Source of the DNA: an uncultured Candidatus Saccharibacteria bacterium
GTDB lineage: Bacteria; Patescibacteriota; Minisyncoccia; Phycocordibacterales; VMEP01
Assembly: GCA_964579635.1 (NCBI GenBank)
Contig: CAZOFV010000001.1
Span: 5,622 to 69,621, forward strand
Length of the DNA stretch: 64,000 bases
Direction: 5' to 3'
Shown in pieces: positions 25,998 to 36,340 of this stretch (position 1 is its first letter; every line of letters begins with the position of its first letter). Both the position numbers and the translations under genes were made by a program. The notes beneath the pieces are model-generated. The model saw only the letters and a program-made list of their open reading frames with translations, did no database searches and was not told the DNA's origin.

Positions 25998-26999
25998 TCA
26001 CCTTCCTTTAAAGTTTAACACAATGTTGTTAATCGCAGAGAGTAACACCTTTGATGAATTCGTAACCTCAAGAGATATGTCTGCTTCCCCAGATATTCCA
26101 GGTTGTTGTCTGACAACTAAAACACTAGGGTGGTTATAGTTTGTATCTATAAGGTTATTATTTAATGACCATTTATATTTTAATTGAGAGCTATTTTTGT
26201 TTATTGGAGAAATAAAATATGGCTCTGCCACCAAGGAAAGCTCTTCGTTTGGAAGGTTTGCTGTATTAAAAAGCGATTTGTTATACATAACTCCCAATAG
26301 GGGGTTTTTTTCATAGAATAAAATTTTTGGGTCGACAATAATAATTCGTATCTCCCCTTTTCCTGTTTTAATCCCAGATTTATTTCTGGTTTCTACGCCA
26401 ATTGTTTCCTCTCTTTTGAGATAATTGTTCTTAAAAGAAAGAGTTGAAACACCATTTCCCGAAAGAGATCCTAATATTTCGTAATTACGACTCCATTTAT
26501 AAGATAGATCGCTTGGTTTATACGGACTTCCATTGCTTCTAAAAACATTTGGGATAACGGTTATTTTTATTAGCGACTCCGGTGTTGGAAGACCCTTTCC
26601 TTTGTAAAAACGAGGGGTGTAAACATCAATTGCCTCCCAAAGAACATCAACTTCTGAAGGATTTACTGTTGCCGTTGCTCTTAAAAAAGTATTTCCAAGA
26701 GAGGCTGTGGCATTTATTGTTGTAATATCGCCAACGTCCCCTGTTTTAAAGGAAATAGATTTTTGTCCGATACTTGATGAAACTTTTGTCCCGTTTACAG
26801 ACCAAGAGATGCTTGCGATATCTAAGTTAATGGAAGGACTAGAGATTGACGCCGTGGCTTCTTTATAAGCTCCAGGTATTTCTGGTGAGACCTGAATAAA
26901 AAGAACGTCATTTGACTGAGCTTTGGCAACAATAAAAAACAAAAAAATAGAGATAAATATTGTTGTTTTTATGAAGTTGAGAGAATGGAATTTTTTCAC
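25998..26999 (-). CDS. Secreted hypothetical protein (T4SS-like cluster)
   Basis: Signal peptide; beta-rich composition. Confidence 0.5.
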   Translation of the reverse strand: MKKFHSLNFIKTTIFISIFLFFIVAKAQSNDVLFIQVSPEIPGAYKEATASISSPSINLDIASISWSVNGTKVSSSIGQKSISFKTGDVGDITTINATASLGNTFLRATATVNPSEVDVLWEAIDVYTPRFYKGKGLPTPESLIKITVIPNVFRSNGSPYKPSDLSYKWSRNYEILGSLSGNGVSTLSFKNNYLKREETIGVETRNKSGIKTGKGEIRIIIVDPKILFYEKNPLLGVMYNKSLFNTANLPNEELSLVAEPYFISPINKNSSQLKYKWSLNNNLIDTNYNHPSVLVVRQQPGISGEADISLEVTNSSKVLLSAINNIVLNFKGR

Positions 27000-27059
27000 A
27001 AAAAACGCATTAAAGCTTGTTTGTTATTATAGCTAAAAAATACAAGCTAACCAAACAAA

Positions 27060-28889
27060 TTAAGCAGATGTTTGCTCTTCTGCTGTTCCAAGCTCTGCTT
27101 TTGCTTTCTTGATAGCAAGAACTTGCGATGGGTCGGAGGTAATTATTTGGTCTTCTGTATAGGAAGCGACAATCTTCAAAGCTACGTGTTTTAAACCAGC
27201 GAAAAAGATACCTTCCCCAACCCCTGACTCAAGGAGAAGATATTTTTCCTCATCTGTTAAGTTGAATGTTTTTTGAACCACATCAATAGATGACGGGGAT
27301 TGTTTTAAGAGGAGCTGGATAGAAGAGTTGGTGATAATAGGAAGACCATATGGAGATTTAAGGAAGTCGCCCACGTCTTGGGTGATAGTTGCGAGTCCTA
27401 GGTAATATTTACGTCCACGTTTTGCGATGCTAAACAAGAAAGATGCGGTGTCTTCTGATTTCATCATCCACCAAGCTTCATCAACAACAAGAAGACGTTT
27501 TTTGAGATTTTTACGAACAGCGTTCCAGATATAGTGGGTAACTATATACATCGCAACTGGTTTTAACTCATCTTCCATGTCACGAACAGAGAAAACAACA
27601 AATTTTTTATTGATATCTACGTTTGTTGGCTTATTTATAAAACCAGACCAAGTCCCTTTGGTATATTTAGATAATTTTTGAAGAAGTTCGCCACTACCAT
27701 CCATTCCAGCAAGCACCATTTCAAAGTCTGAAAGTAATGGTGGTTCTATGGCAGAAAAATCTGAATCAGCAGTAATATCTTTTAGAGCATATGTTTCGGT
27801 AATAGCTCTGTCGATAAGAGAATCTTCTCCTGGTGAAAGACCACCGAGCATGATACGAAACAATCCGACCAAATTTACGATATTTGAACGTAAAACATCT
27901 GCTGCTGATTCATCTTCTCTTGGAATAGGAAGATCAAATGGATTTATGTGGTTGTCTGATGTTAGTGAGATATTGAAATAACGCCCACCCGTTGCTTCAG
28001 CCAAGTATTCATACTCTCTTTCAGGGTCTATCACGATGACTTCTGTATCAAACATGAGTGTGCGTATAATCTCTAATTTTGTCGTGTAGGATTTTCCAGA
28101 ACCTGATTTAGCAAAAATAATTGAGTTGTAGTTTTCAAGTGAATAGCGGTCAAAAAGAACGAGACTAGAGTTGTGGCGATTTATTCCGTACAGAATTCCA
28201 CGGTCAGAAGTAAGGTCAAATGAAACGAACGGGAAAAGAGAAGAAAGAGGAGAAGAGTTTAGTTTGGAATGAACGCCTAATTCATCTGAGGCAATAGGAA
28301 TAACGCTTTTAAACCCTTGTTCTTGTTGGAAAAGAGCCGGTTTAACATAAACAAGCTTTGATTCAAGAATAGATTTTATTTCAGTTTCAGTTTTATCAAG
28401 TTCTGCTTCGGTAGCGCCATAGATAGTGAGATAAAGACCAACATCAAATATTTTTTCTTGAGCTTGCTGTAAAGAATCTCGAAGATTCTCCAAATCTTGA
28501 TACGCTGTATCAAGCATTGGGTCGCGAACCATACCCTTCTCTTCTCTCATGTGTATTTGGCTTTGGACTTCAGCTACTTTTTTTTGGAACGTATGAAGAA
28601 TTTTAGCTGTTTCGATTGGATGAATGAAGATTGAAACATCAAAAACTTTATCCAAATTTATTATTGGAGAAAACCAGTTATCAGCGAGTACTCTAGGGTA
28701 TGAAATAACAAAAAAAGTACGAGCTATTTTATCTCCAAGGTTTAATGCTCGAGGTTCTATTTTTAAAGCAGACGGAGCAATAATATCGCGTAACTCAAGT
28801 GTTGCCGCTTGATATATTTCCTGAGGAAGAATTGGCGTAATTTCTTCTTCTTTTTTATCTTCTCCAGTTATGAAATCAAATATTCCCAT
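27060..28889 (-). CDS. VirB4/TrbE-like conjugal-transfer-type ATPase (C-terminal ATPase portion)
   Basis: Walker A AKSGSGKSYTT and Walker B LLVVDEAWWMM. Confidence 0.8.
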   Translation of the reverse strand: MGIFDFITGEDKKEEEITPILPQEIYQAATLELRDIIAPSALKIEPRALNLGDKIARTFFVISYPRVLADNWFSPIINLDKVFDVSIFIHPIETAKILHTFQKKVAEVQSQIHMREEKGMVRDPMLDTAYQDLENLRDSLQQAQEKIFDVGLYLTIYGATEAELDKTETEIKSILESKLVYVKPALFQQEQGFKSVIPIASDELGVHSKLNSSPLSSLFPFVSFDLTSDRGILYGINRHNSSLVLFDRYSLENYNSIIFAKSGSGKSYTTKLEIIRTLMFDTEVIVIDPEREYEYLAEATGGRYFNISLTSDNHINPFDLPIPREDESAADVLRSNIVNLVGLFRIMLGGLSPGEDSLIDRAITETYALKDITADSDFSAIEPPLLSDFEMVLAGMDGSGELLQKLSKYTKGTWSGFINKPTNVDINKKFVVFSVRDMEDELKPVAMYIVTHYIWNAVRKNLKKRLLVVDEAWWMMKSEDTASFLFSIAKRGRKYYLGLATITQDVGDFLKSPYGLPIITNSSIQLLLKQSPSSIDVVQKTFNLTDEEKYLLLESGVGEGIFFAGLKHVALKIVASYTEDQIITSDPSQVLAIKKAKAELGTAEEQTSA

Positions 28890-28893
28890 GTTT

Positions 28894-29556
28894 TTATTGG
28901 TTAAGTTTTATGGCTTTTTCCGTTTCTCCTGGATTAAATATTTTATAAAAAACCTCAATAACCTCTTCTGTTCCAAGTTGAACAGCTCTGACTCCAAAAC
29001 GCGATAAACCCTGAGCAACAACAGAGACGCGCTGGTCAAGCTGAGAACGACTTTCTTCAAAAAGCTCCGTTTCTGCAATTCTTGATTCTGCGGTCGGTTC
29101 TTTTTTACTCGATATTCCGGGAATGTTTGGCACAGAAAAACCACCACTACCCTTTCCCCCGAGAGATGGGGCTGTATATGGGACAACAATAAAGAAATTT
29201 TTAGTCATAATATTCCTTGTTTCAGCTAGGTTTTTTATGAAATCAATATATTCTCTTGTTTGTATTTTAAGAAGATCTTCTAATTGTTCTCTCATTCTGT
29301 CTTCAAGCATTGTGATATATGGCTTGATGTCTAGTTTTCGCGACTGAATAAATATTTGAATTGAAAAATCTAATGAGTTTAAAAATCCTTGGAATTGAAG
29401 AATTGTAGCTGTTTGTTCCTCTTCTGATTTTAAGGAAAGGTTTAAAGAAGACGTCATAACAAGCGCTCTTAAAGAGCCATCTTTTAAAATAACGACTCCA
29501 TCGCGTACTTCTTTGATGGGAACAAAATCTTGAGCTGCTTTTGATTGAATTGCCAT
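28894..29556 (-). CDS. VirB4 N-terminal-domain-like protein, separated from the ATPase ORF by a stop and 4 nt
   Basis: DFVPIKEVRDGVVILKDGSLRALV matches the VirB4 N-terminal region. Sits directly upstream of the ATPase ORF. Confidence 0.5.
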   Translation of the reverse strand: MAIQSKAAQDFVPIKEVRDGVVILKDGSLRALVMTSSLNLSLKSEEEQTATILQFQGFLNSLDFSIQIFIQSRKLDIKPYITMLEDRMREQLEDLLKIQTREYIDFIKNLAETRNIMTKNFFIVVPYTAPSLGGKGSGGFSVPNIPGISSKKEPTAESRIAETELFEESRSQLDQRVSVVAQGLSRFGVRAVQLGTEEVIEVFYKIFNPGETEKAIKLNQ

Positions 29557-29634
29557 TGTTTACTTTGAATCAGTATAGCAAATAGAGGATAAAATGTGTG
29601 TTTATAGTGTTTATTTTTTAATAAAAGACATCGT

Positions 29635-30075
29635 TTAGCTCTCTTTGTTTGAGTTTAAAACATCAAGTCCCCAAGAAAGATCTTTTAGTTTACTGTCAGA
29701 TAGTTTTGGTACTAAAGAATTCTCTTCTGTTTTTCCAACAACTCTTTTTGTAACCTCCATTGGTCGGTTTACTTTTTTCCAAATATATAATTTTTCTCCG
29801 AAATAATAACGAAACGCGGCTTCGACGCTGTAAATAAATGGTTTATCGTTTATTTTGTAAAAAGCAAAAGCAAAAGCTAAGGCTAGAATTGGTATTACAA
29901 AAAACAAAGTTATCATTAAAGGCAAGAAAGAGTCTAGTATTTTATACACGACAAAGGCCATACCAGAACCACCGGCTAGATAGATAAATTGTTTAAAGGT
30001 GAAAGGGCCAAAAATTTTGTCTTCTACCTCTATAAATTGAGGAACGTGAAATTGCATAATTCCATTATAACGCAT
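29635..30075 (-). CDS. PrgI/VirB3-like small membrane protein
   Basis: QFHVPQFIEVEDKIFGPFTFKQFIYLAGG followed by two TM helices; a PrgI-family pattern. Confidence 0.5.
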   Translation of the reverse strand: MRYNGIMQFHVPQFIEVEDKIFGPFTFKQFIYLAGGSGMAFVVYKILDSFLPLMITLFFVIPILALAFAFAFYKINDKPFIYSVEAAFRYYFGEKLYIWKKVNRPMEVTKRVVGKTEENSLVPKLSDSKLKDLSWGLDVLNSNKES

Positions 30076-30103
30076 TAGAGGAACCGCGCGAGAGGAGAAA
30101 GAA

Positions 30104-30838
30104 TTAAATAGGTTCTCTGTATGGGTCTAATTCATGAACACTGTCTTTTTTTGGTAAAGAAAAGTCGTTTGTTAGTTTTTCTTTAACTATATTTATAGAA
30201 GGAGTTGTTTTGACTTCTTCTTTGGTCTCAATATTTTTACTTTCAATAGTTAATGGGGTGTTTGGTTTACTGATTTCTAGCAACTCTGCTTTAGGTGGTA
30301 AGGCCCTTTCTGTGGCTTTTGTTGGATTTTCGATATCATTTAGAACGGACTCTCTGTTTAGGTTTTCGTTCACTACAGCCGTGGTTTCATTGTCGACAAT
30401 TTCAATACCACTTTCTTTTAGAATTGTTTTATCAATAGGCTCCAGAGTTATTTGTACACCGCTTTCTTGTTGTAGGGAGCCCTCAGGAAGGTCGCTATGT
30501 TTTATTTCAACCAATTCTTCTGTATTGTGAATTTTCTTTAACGATTCGCGAATTGACTCAAAAATTTGTTCGTTTATATCATGAACAATTAACTCTGCTA
30601 CATCTTTTGTTATGTTAAGTTTTGATTGGATAATTTGAGAAAAATCATTAGGTTTTGTAAGGCCAAACATAACTAAGTTTGTTTCATCTACTAAAATTGA
30701 AAGTTTGTCTATGTGAAGAGAATATTTTGCTCCAATATTTCTTATTTTTGATCCTGTGTTAAACCCAAAAAGAACGCCCTTAACATCCTCAGGAAGAGAT
30801 TCAAGCATTTGTTCTAGTTGTTGGTTGGTGTAGTCCAT
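30104..30838 (-). CDS. Acidic cytoplasmic hypothetical protein (T4SS-like cluster)
   Basis: Long ORF in an operon-like arrangement. Confidence 0.45.
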   Translation of the reverse strand: MDYTNQQLEQMLESLPEDVKGVLFGFNTGSKIRNIGAKYSLHIDKLSILVDETNLVMFGLTKPNDFSQIIQSKLNITKDVAELIVHDINEQIFESIRESLKKIHNTEELVEIKHSDLPEGSLQQESGVQITLEPIDKTILKESGIEIVDNETTAVVNENLNRESVLNDIENPTKATERALPPKAELLEISKPNTPLTIESKNIETKEEVKTTPSINIVKEKLTNDFSLPKKDSVHELDPYREPI

Positions 30839-30862
30839 AGGAAGATTTACTTTGTTTTAATT

Positions 30863-33061
30863 TTACTTCTTGCTTTCCCTGTCTTTTATTAAATCGAGTT
30901 TGTTTACGTAATTCTGGAGTGTTCGTGCGTTTGTTTTTGCCATCTCTTTCTCAAGGATTAATTTTGCACGAGCGTCTTTGTCTGCACCTTTACCAAGATC
31001 TTCAAGTGTCACACTTATAGTAGCGGCTTGTTTTGTAAAATTATCAATAGCATCTTTTACTGAGCCGTGGCTACCCATTAATTCTTTTATTGTTTCTTCT
31101 AATCCTGCAATCTCTCTGTCCGCTTTATATTTCTGGTCTATTTCTTTTTCTGCTTTTTTAGTTCCACCAGCACTTCCTATCTTAAGACCTTGTGGCGCGA
31201 TTTCACCACCCCAGCCTTTATTTTTTAATTGACTAAAATATTCTTTTTGTCTTTCTTGAGTTGTGGTTCTTTGTTTGTCCGCCTCAGCTGTCTTAAGTTT
31301 TTCCGTTCTTAGTTTATTAATTTCCTCAGAACTTTTTCCTGCTTTTTCCGCAGCCGTTAAATCGATACTATTTACTTCCTGTGTGCTTAATTTTACTTTT
31401 TTCGCTTCAAGAAGTTTTGCCATCTCAACTCTGTCTTTTCCTAGCGTTTCCTCTCCTCGTTTAAGATCTCCTCTGAATCCATCCTTTAGGTTTTCTGGTT
31501 TTTTACCTAGGTCTAATTTGATACCAGCGGCTCCGGCTAGTTTTGATGCCATACCACCAACAAGCGGTGTTTCACCTGCTGCGCGAACGTCAAAACTTGA
31601 TTTGGCGACTCCTTCGGTTGTTTGTAATGCGAGACGACCAACTTTGCTACTTGATGCCCAGCCTATAAAATTCTCACTACCAGCAAGAGCAGCTGCTCCA
31701 CGCCCAATTATTCTTCTTCCCGCTAAGCCACCAACTCCGCCTACCACTGCCCCTGCTACTGTCATTAACCCACTAGTTATTGTCCCACTAATTCCGTCAC
31801 ATTTTGCCATTCTGTATGAAGCAATAAGAAAGACACACACCAAAAGGTAATTAAAAATAATTCCAGTGCTTTCAGTGATTGAGTTGCCGTAGCTACCCAA
31901 ACCAACAAGTGCGTCATTTATACCTTGACCAGGTTTAGCAACGCTAACAGAAGAAAGGATCTGTAAAGAAACCCAAATAAGCAGAAAATAAATTGGCGCA
32001 GACAGCGAGTTACAAATAAGTTCCTCCCACCATTTATCTGTAAATTTTTTTAGTCTTGGTAAAACAGTCCCCAAAAGCATGATTGGTGAAAAAGGAAGAA
32101 GGAAGATAAGAACAGCAGTTCTTACTATAAAAAGAAACGCCCCTTGTAAAAAAATCAAAAACATAATAAAGACCATTGCTGCAGTGGCCCATATTTGAAC
32201 AGTGAAACTCCAGGCTGTTCCACTCGATGCTTCAGAAGAAAACATTGTTTCCGCGTCAAACTTTTGCATAAATGCCCCGCTAATACCATCTGTTGTGCTG
32301 TCTTTTATTATTGAAGAATAAAACTGAACAGCGACAATGTTTGAGGTGTCTATGATTACTTTGGTGAAAAATAAACTGAAATTAACAAGCAACGCTGCAA
32401 TAATAAGTGTTGGTATGAATTTTTTTGCATCACCCATCTGCAGGATGTTCATTATTGAAACCCAGAGCAACATGAATATGAAAATAATATTTCCTAAGTC
32501 TCTGATGGTGCTCCAAGCTATGTTGATACCATTGTCAGCACTTCCAATAAGCGTCCCCATTTCAAGGATGCTGAATTTTGTTGAAAAATCAAAAACTTGC
32601 CCAGCTAGGCTAACTAGAAAAGCAAGAATGTTTAAAACAGCATAACCAAGACCTCTTGCGCTACAGGCAATTGGATTTTTAAAAAAATTATTAAACCCCG
32701 AACATGAAGCAGTCTCCCCGTTCTTTGCAGTATTTTTAGCTACCACGGTGTCATATAGGTTTGCGTTATATGCATAATTGGCGTCGTTTAGATCTGCAAT
32801 ACAGTTTAGGTACTCATTTGATCCTTTGTCTTTGATTGAACTACACTCAGATTCCGCCATTATAGAAGGTGCTTTTGGAACGACATCTCTTTGGTCGTTT
32901 GAATCTGCAATACAGTTTAAATATTCGTTCGAACCTTTGTTTTGAATTGTTTCACAGTTTTGTTGCGCTTGTGCGTTTGTGAAAAACAAAATAAATAAAA
33001 CAAGCACAAAAAAAAGTATTGCTGAAAAATTTATTAGTTTTTTAAAAGAAAAAGATATCAT
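30863..33061 (-). CDS. VirB6/TrbL-like polytopic membrane protein with N-terminal tandem Cys-loop repeats and a long charged coiled-coil C-terminal tail
   Basis: Signal peptide. Two copies of the module C..I.NKGSNEYLNCIAD.ND. At least 6 TM segments. K/E-rich tail. Confidence 0.5.
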   Translation of the reverse strand: MISFSFKKLINFSAILFFVLVLFILFFTNAQAQQNCETIQNKGSNEYLNCIADSNDQRDVVPKAPSIMAESECSSIKDKGSNEYLNCIADLNDANYAYNANLYDTVVAKNTAKNGETASCSGFNNFFKNPIACSARGLGYAVLNILAFLVSLAGQVFDFSTKFSILEMGTLIGSADNGINIAWSTIRDLGNIIFIFMLLWVSIMNILQMGDAKKFIPTLIIAALLVNFSLFFTKVIIDTSNIVAVQFYSSIIKDSTTDGISGAFMQKFDAETMFSSEASSGTAWSFTVQIWATAAMVFIMFLIFLQGAFLFIVRTAVLIFLLPFSPIMLLGTVLPRLKKFTDKWWEELICNSLSAPIYFLLIWVSLQILSSVSVAKPGQGINDALVGLGSYGNSITESTGIIFNYLLVCVFLIASYRMAKCDGISGTITSGLMTVAGAVVGGVGGLAGRRIIGRGAAALAGSENFIGWASSSKVGRLALQTTEGVAKSSFDVRAAGETPLVGGMASKLAGAAGIKLDLGKKPENLKDGFRGDLKRGEETLGKDRVEMAKLLEAKKVKLSTQEVNSIDLTAAEKAGKSSEEINKLRTEKLKTAEADKQRTTTQERQKEYFSQLKNKGWGGEIAPQGLKIGSAGGTKKAEKEIDQKYKADREIAGLEETIKELMGSHGSVKDAIDNFTKQAATISVTLEDLGKGADKDARAKLILEKEMAKTNARTLQNYVNKLDLIKDRESKK

Positions 33062-33065
33062 GCTT

Positions 33066-35255
33066 TTAGTATGTTGTCGGCATATTTTGTTTCTTCCTTT
33101 CTTCTTCCGCTAAAATCTCTTTATGCTCAGCTTCGCAAGCAACAATCATTGCGCTTGTTGTGTCACGAATTGTTCTTGCTTGAGATAATTGAGAAGAAGC
33201 GTTTGTTACCACAGTAGAACTTGGAATTTTGCCTGAAGTGGAGATATTTATTAATTCTCCTGCGGCAGTTTTATAATCAAGACCTCCTAAAGCAACAGCA
33301 TCTTTAAGTGCATATAATTCAACCATTGTTCTCGCTGCAGAATTTACTTCACCTTCTAGACTTGTTATTGCTTGGTTGTATAAAGCTACTCTGTCGAAAA
33401 GTGACGTTACCCCAGAGTTTGATTGGTTTGCTAGATTACTTGGACAATATGTTACCGGTCCTAGTTTTATCAAAGAATTGGTTAAATCAGCGGCTTCAGA
33501 GGTGACATCACGTAGCTCATCAATAATTGTGATATACCCAATTAATGAATTTGAAGTTTTTTCTATACTGCCAACAACATCGTTTGTAGAGTTATTTTCC
33601 TGGCTTGAAATTTCTTTTGCCGTTGAATTGTTGTCGGTAATTTCCCAGAAAGATGAGTTTGAGTCAGTAAGAAAGTTTTGAAGTGCAAGGTCAGCAGTAG
33701 AAATTGTTTCATTTGAATCTGCTCCAATATTTCCAGCATTTCTTTCTGGGGCTGTTGCTACAGAGCGTAGTTTTTCTTCGATTACTGATGCTGGAGTAAC
33801 AATCTTATATCTTCGGCACGCACCAGAAGATTCATCAATATCCACACATTCTTCTTGTGGTGGAACATCGTTAACTAGTTTTTCTTTTGCCTCCTCTTCT
33901 GCCCTATCTTGACCTTCTTGATAAAGTCTTTCTGTTGCAAGAATGTGTCCGAATTTATTATTCGACTCAATTTGAGTCAAAGCGTTCCAAGCTTTCCATC
34001 CACCAGCAGAGAAATCGCCTTTGCGATATTTTACGGCATTGGTTGAACCAATAATACTTGGAAGACTGTCGTTTAAAACACCTGTGTTGTTTGCGTTTTT
34101 TGTTTGTTCTTCATTTACTATATTTTTTATTGCTTCGTTTTTGTAAGGAGAGTTACTTTTTGATAAATCAGAAATAAAAAGTTTTGTTTGGTTTTCGGTT
34201 TGCTTGCTTATGTAATCAGTCATATTTGTTACATAAAGAGGATTACCGTTATTTCCAGTATTTAACCAATTTCTTATATTGTCTTCCATTTTTGCCCTTG
34301 TTATTAAAGAGCTGGTATAGGAAAGTCTATTTAAACAAGTTTCTTTTGTTTTAAGAATACTAGTGTCTTGTTGAAGGGTTGTTATTTGTTGAACAATTGT
34401 TTGAGGGTCTGTTGGAACTTGTCCACCACCACCTATTAAAGAAAGAATAGAACCAACTCCTGGAATGGCACTACTGCCACCAAACATAGAGCCTAGCTCT
34501 CCTGCTGTGTAGCCAGCAGACATTCCGCCAAGGGTGTTTCCAAGACTGACTAAACTACCAGAACCAATAGTTCCACCTAAATCTATAAGGGCGTTGGAAA
34601 CAGCGCTTGTTGCATCAGAAAGCAGATCACTTGATAAAGCGCTTGTTACTAACTTATCTGCTCCGCCGATAATAGCATTTGTTCCGGACTGAATTGCACC
34701 ACCAATACCACCGTTTGAACCATCTACTCCGTTTACTGTTTTGTTGATTTCTTGATTTATAGCATTTGTTGCCCCTGTTACTGCGGTATTGGCAGCCTTG
34801 TCTACAATAGAACCAACAGCTTTTCCAACACTATTCCCGATTTGACCACCACCTAGAGCATCACTTACAGCACCGGAGGCAGAGGAGCCAAGTCCGCTTA
34901 TACCCACACCGCTAATGAGTTGTTTTCCAAGCGAGGATAGTGTATTTCCTATTGCCCCGCCGAGTGCAGTACACCCAGAATTTCCTAATGTTTCAGCCAT
35001 TGATTCATTAGATGAGTTTAGACTTTTTCTTGTATCGAGAGTTTTTGTTTCCGAATCCCTGTTAGTTATGTCGGAGGGAAGAATACAAGAGCCAGGACTT
35101 GTTGGGTCGTCAACGAAACCGTCCGTACAGCCATCAGCTTCTTGAGCTCTAGCGTTGTTTGTATTTAAAAATGACGGCGAAATAATAATCAGAGAAATAA
35201 AAACCACTGAAATTATTTTTTTTACCATATTCCTTTTAGCAGAAAATAGAACCAT
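33066..35255 (-). CDS. Large secreted Gly/Ser/Ala-rich protein (candidate surface, VirB5/adhesin-like component)
   Basis: Signal peptide. GS-rich low-complexity N-terminal half and a globular C-terminal half. Confidence 0.45.
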   Translation of the reverse strand: MVLFSAKRNMVKKIISVVFISLIIISPSFLNTNNARAQEADGCTDGFVDDPTSPGSCILPSDITNRDSETKTLDTRKSLNSSNESMAETLGNSGCTALGGAIGNTLSSLGKQLISGVGISGLGSSASGAVSDALGGGQIGNSVGKAVGSIVDKAANTAVTGATNAINQEINKTVNGVDGSNGGIGGAIQSGTNAIIGGADKLVTSALSSDLLSDATSAVSNALIDLGGTIGSGSLVSLGNTLGGMSAGYTAGELGSMFGGSSAIPGVGSILSLIGGGGQVPTDPQTIVQQITTLQQDTSILKTKETCLNRLSYTSSLITRAKMEDNIRNWLNTGNNGNPLYVTNMTDYISKQTENQTKLFISDLSKSNSPYKNEAIKNIVNEEQTKNANNTGVLNDSLPSIIGSTNAVKYRKGDFSAGGWKAWNALTQIESNNKFGHILATERLYQEGQDRAEEEAKEKLVNDVPPQEECVDIDESSGACRRYKIVTPASVIEEKLRSVATAPERNAGNIGADSNETISTADLALQNFLTDSNSSFWEITDNNSTAKEISSQENNSTNDVVGSIEKTSNSLIGYITIIDELRDVTSEAADLTNSLIKLGPVTYCPSNLANQSNSGVTSLFDRVALYNQAITSLEGEVNSAARTMVELYALKDAVALGGLDYKTAAGELINISTSGKIPSSTVVTNASSQLSQARTIRDTTSAMIVACEAEHKEILAEEERKKQNMPTTY

Positions 35256-35260
35256 AGTTT

Positions 35261-36202
35261 TTACGGCTTTGTGCTGTTAAGTATAACACCACTTTTAAAA
35301 TATATCTCTAGTGTTTTGGCTGTTTCTATTATTTTATTGCTATAAAAAAGATATTGATTAATTCCACTCATCGAAAGAAGTGGATCGCTAAAAATTTTTC
35401 CAGCTATCTTCAAAGAATCAGCGGTTCCTCGGTAACTATTTATTAAATCTAGGTGTATTGTTGCGATTTTGTCTGGCACAGGGATTAATGCTGTTTCTTT
35501 GGCTATGTTTGTATAGGCTTCTATATAAGGAGTTAGTTTCATTGGCAATGTTTTATCTTCTGTTTCAAGTGCTTTTGAGATAATCGGAAGTTCTTGTCCG
35601 AGGTTGTATTTATCATATTTTTGAATTACTTCCCCCAATTTTTTACCATACAATAAAATCTCTGCGTCGTTAGCGTTTTTTATAATTGAAATGTCGTTTG
35701 TTGTGTATAAAGAGACAGGAGATTCTGTTTTTATGTTTGAATATATTGTTTCTGCTGCGTTTTTTATTGACTGTGAGCTAACTTCCCCAGAGTTTTTAAG
35801 AGCAGAAACGGCAACAAAGAATTGTTGGCCAAACTGATCCGTTACGCTTTCTGTTGTCTGGTTGTTAATATTTGCGTTGTTTTGCTTACGGACTTCCGCT
35901 GAATCAACTATACCGTTTCCGTTTGAATCAGCATTTTGTGGGTCTGTTCCATAGAGGGCTTCTTCCCAATCTTTTAATCCGTCGTTATCGCTATCCTTGT
36001 TTATTAAATCTGTTATAGAAGAAGAGTCTACTCCGCCATTAATCACTAAAACGCTCTGCTCTTCTTCTTTAGATCCGTTAATTATCGGTGCGTTATTTTG
36101 ATATTTTGAAAAAATTGAAAGAAGAATAATCCCTACACCCAAAATAGAGGCGCTAACTAGTCTTTTGTTTTGTAAGAAACTGCGCACCAATTGAGGATTC
36201 AT
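35261..36202 (-). CDS. Bitopic membrane protein with a TSP3-like Ca-binding Asp repeat (DSDNDGLKDWEE..GTDP.N.DSNGNG..D)
   Basis: N-terminal TM segment plus an aspartate-rich repeat. Confidence 0.5.
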   Translation of the reverse strand: MNPQLVRSFLQNKRLVSASILGVGIILLSIFSKYQNNAPIINGSKEEEQSVLVINGGVDSSSITDLINKDSDNDGLKDWEEALYGTDPQNADSNGNGIVDSAEVRKQNNANINNQTTESVTDQFGQQFFVAVSALKNSGEVSSQSIKNAAETIYSNIKTESPVSLYTTNDISIIKNANDAEILLYGKKLGEVIQKYDKYNLGQELPIISKALETEDKTLPMKLTPYIEAYTNIAKETALIPVPDKIATIHLDLINSYRGTADSLKIAGKIFSDPLLSMSGINQYLFYSNKIIETAKTLEIYFKSGVILNSTKP

Positions 36203-36340
36203 ATATTCTTTGATTATAGCAAGGAAATTATAGTTTTTTTATGAATTTATAGATTTGTGTGGATATGTTTTTGTTTTTCTCTAAGTTTTTTGTTTCGAAA
36301 GAAAAAAGACAATGGTCTTTGGTGTTGCTATAATGAATAA

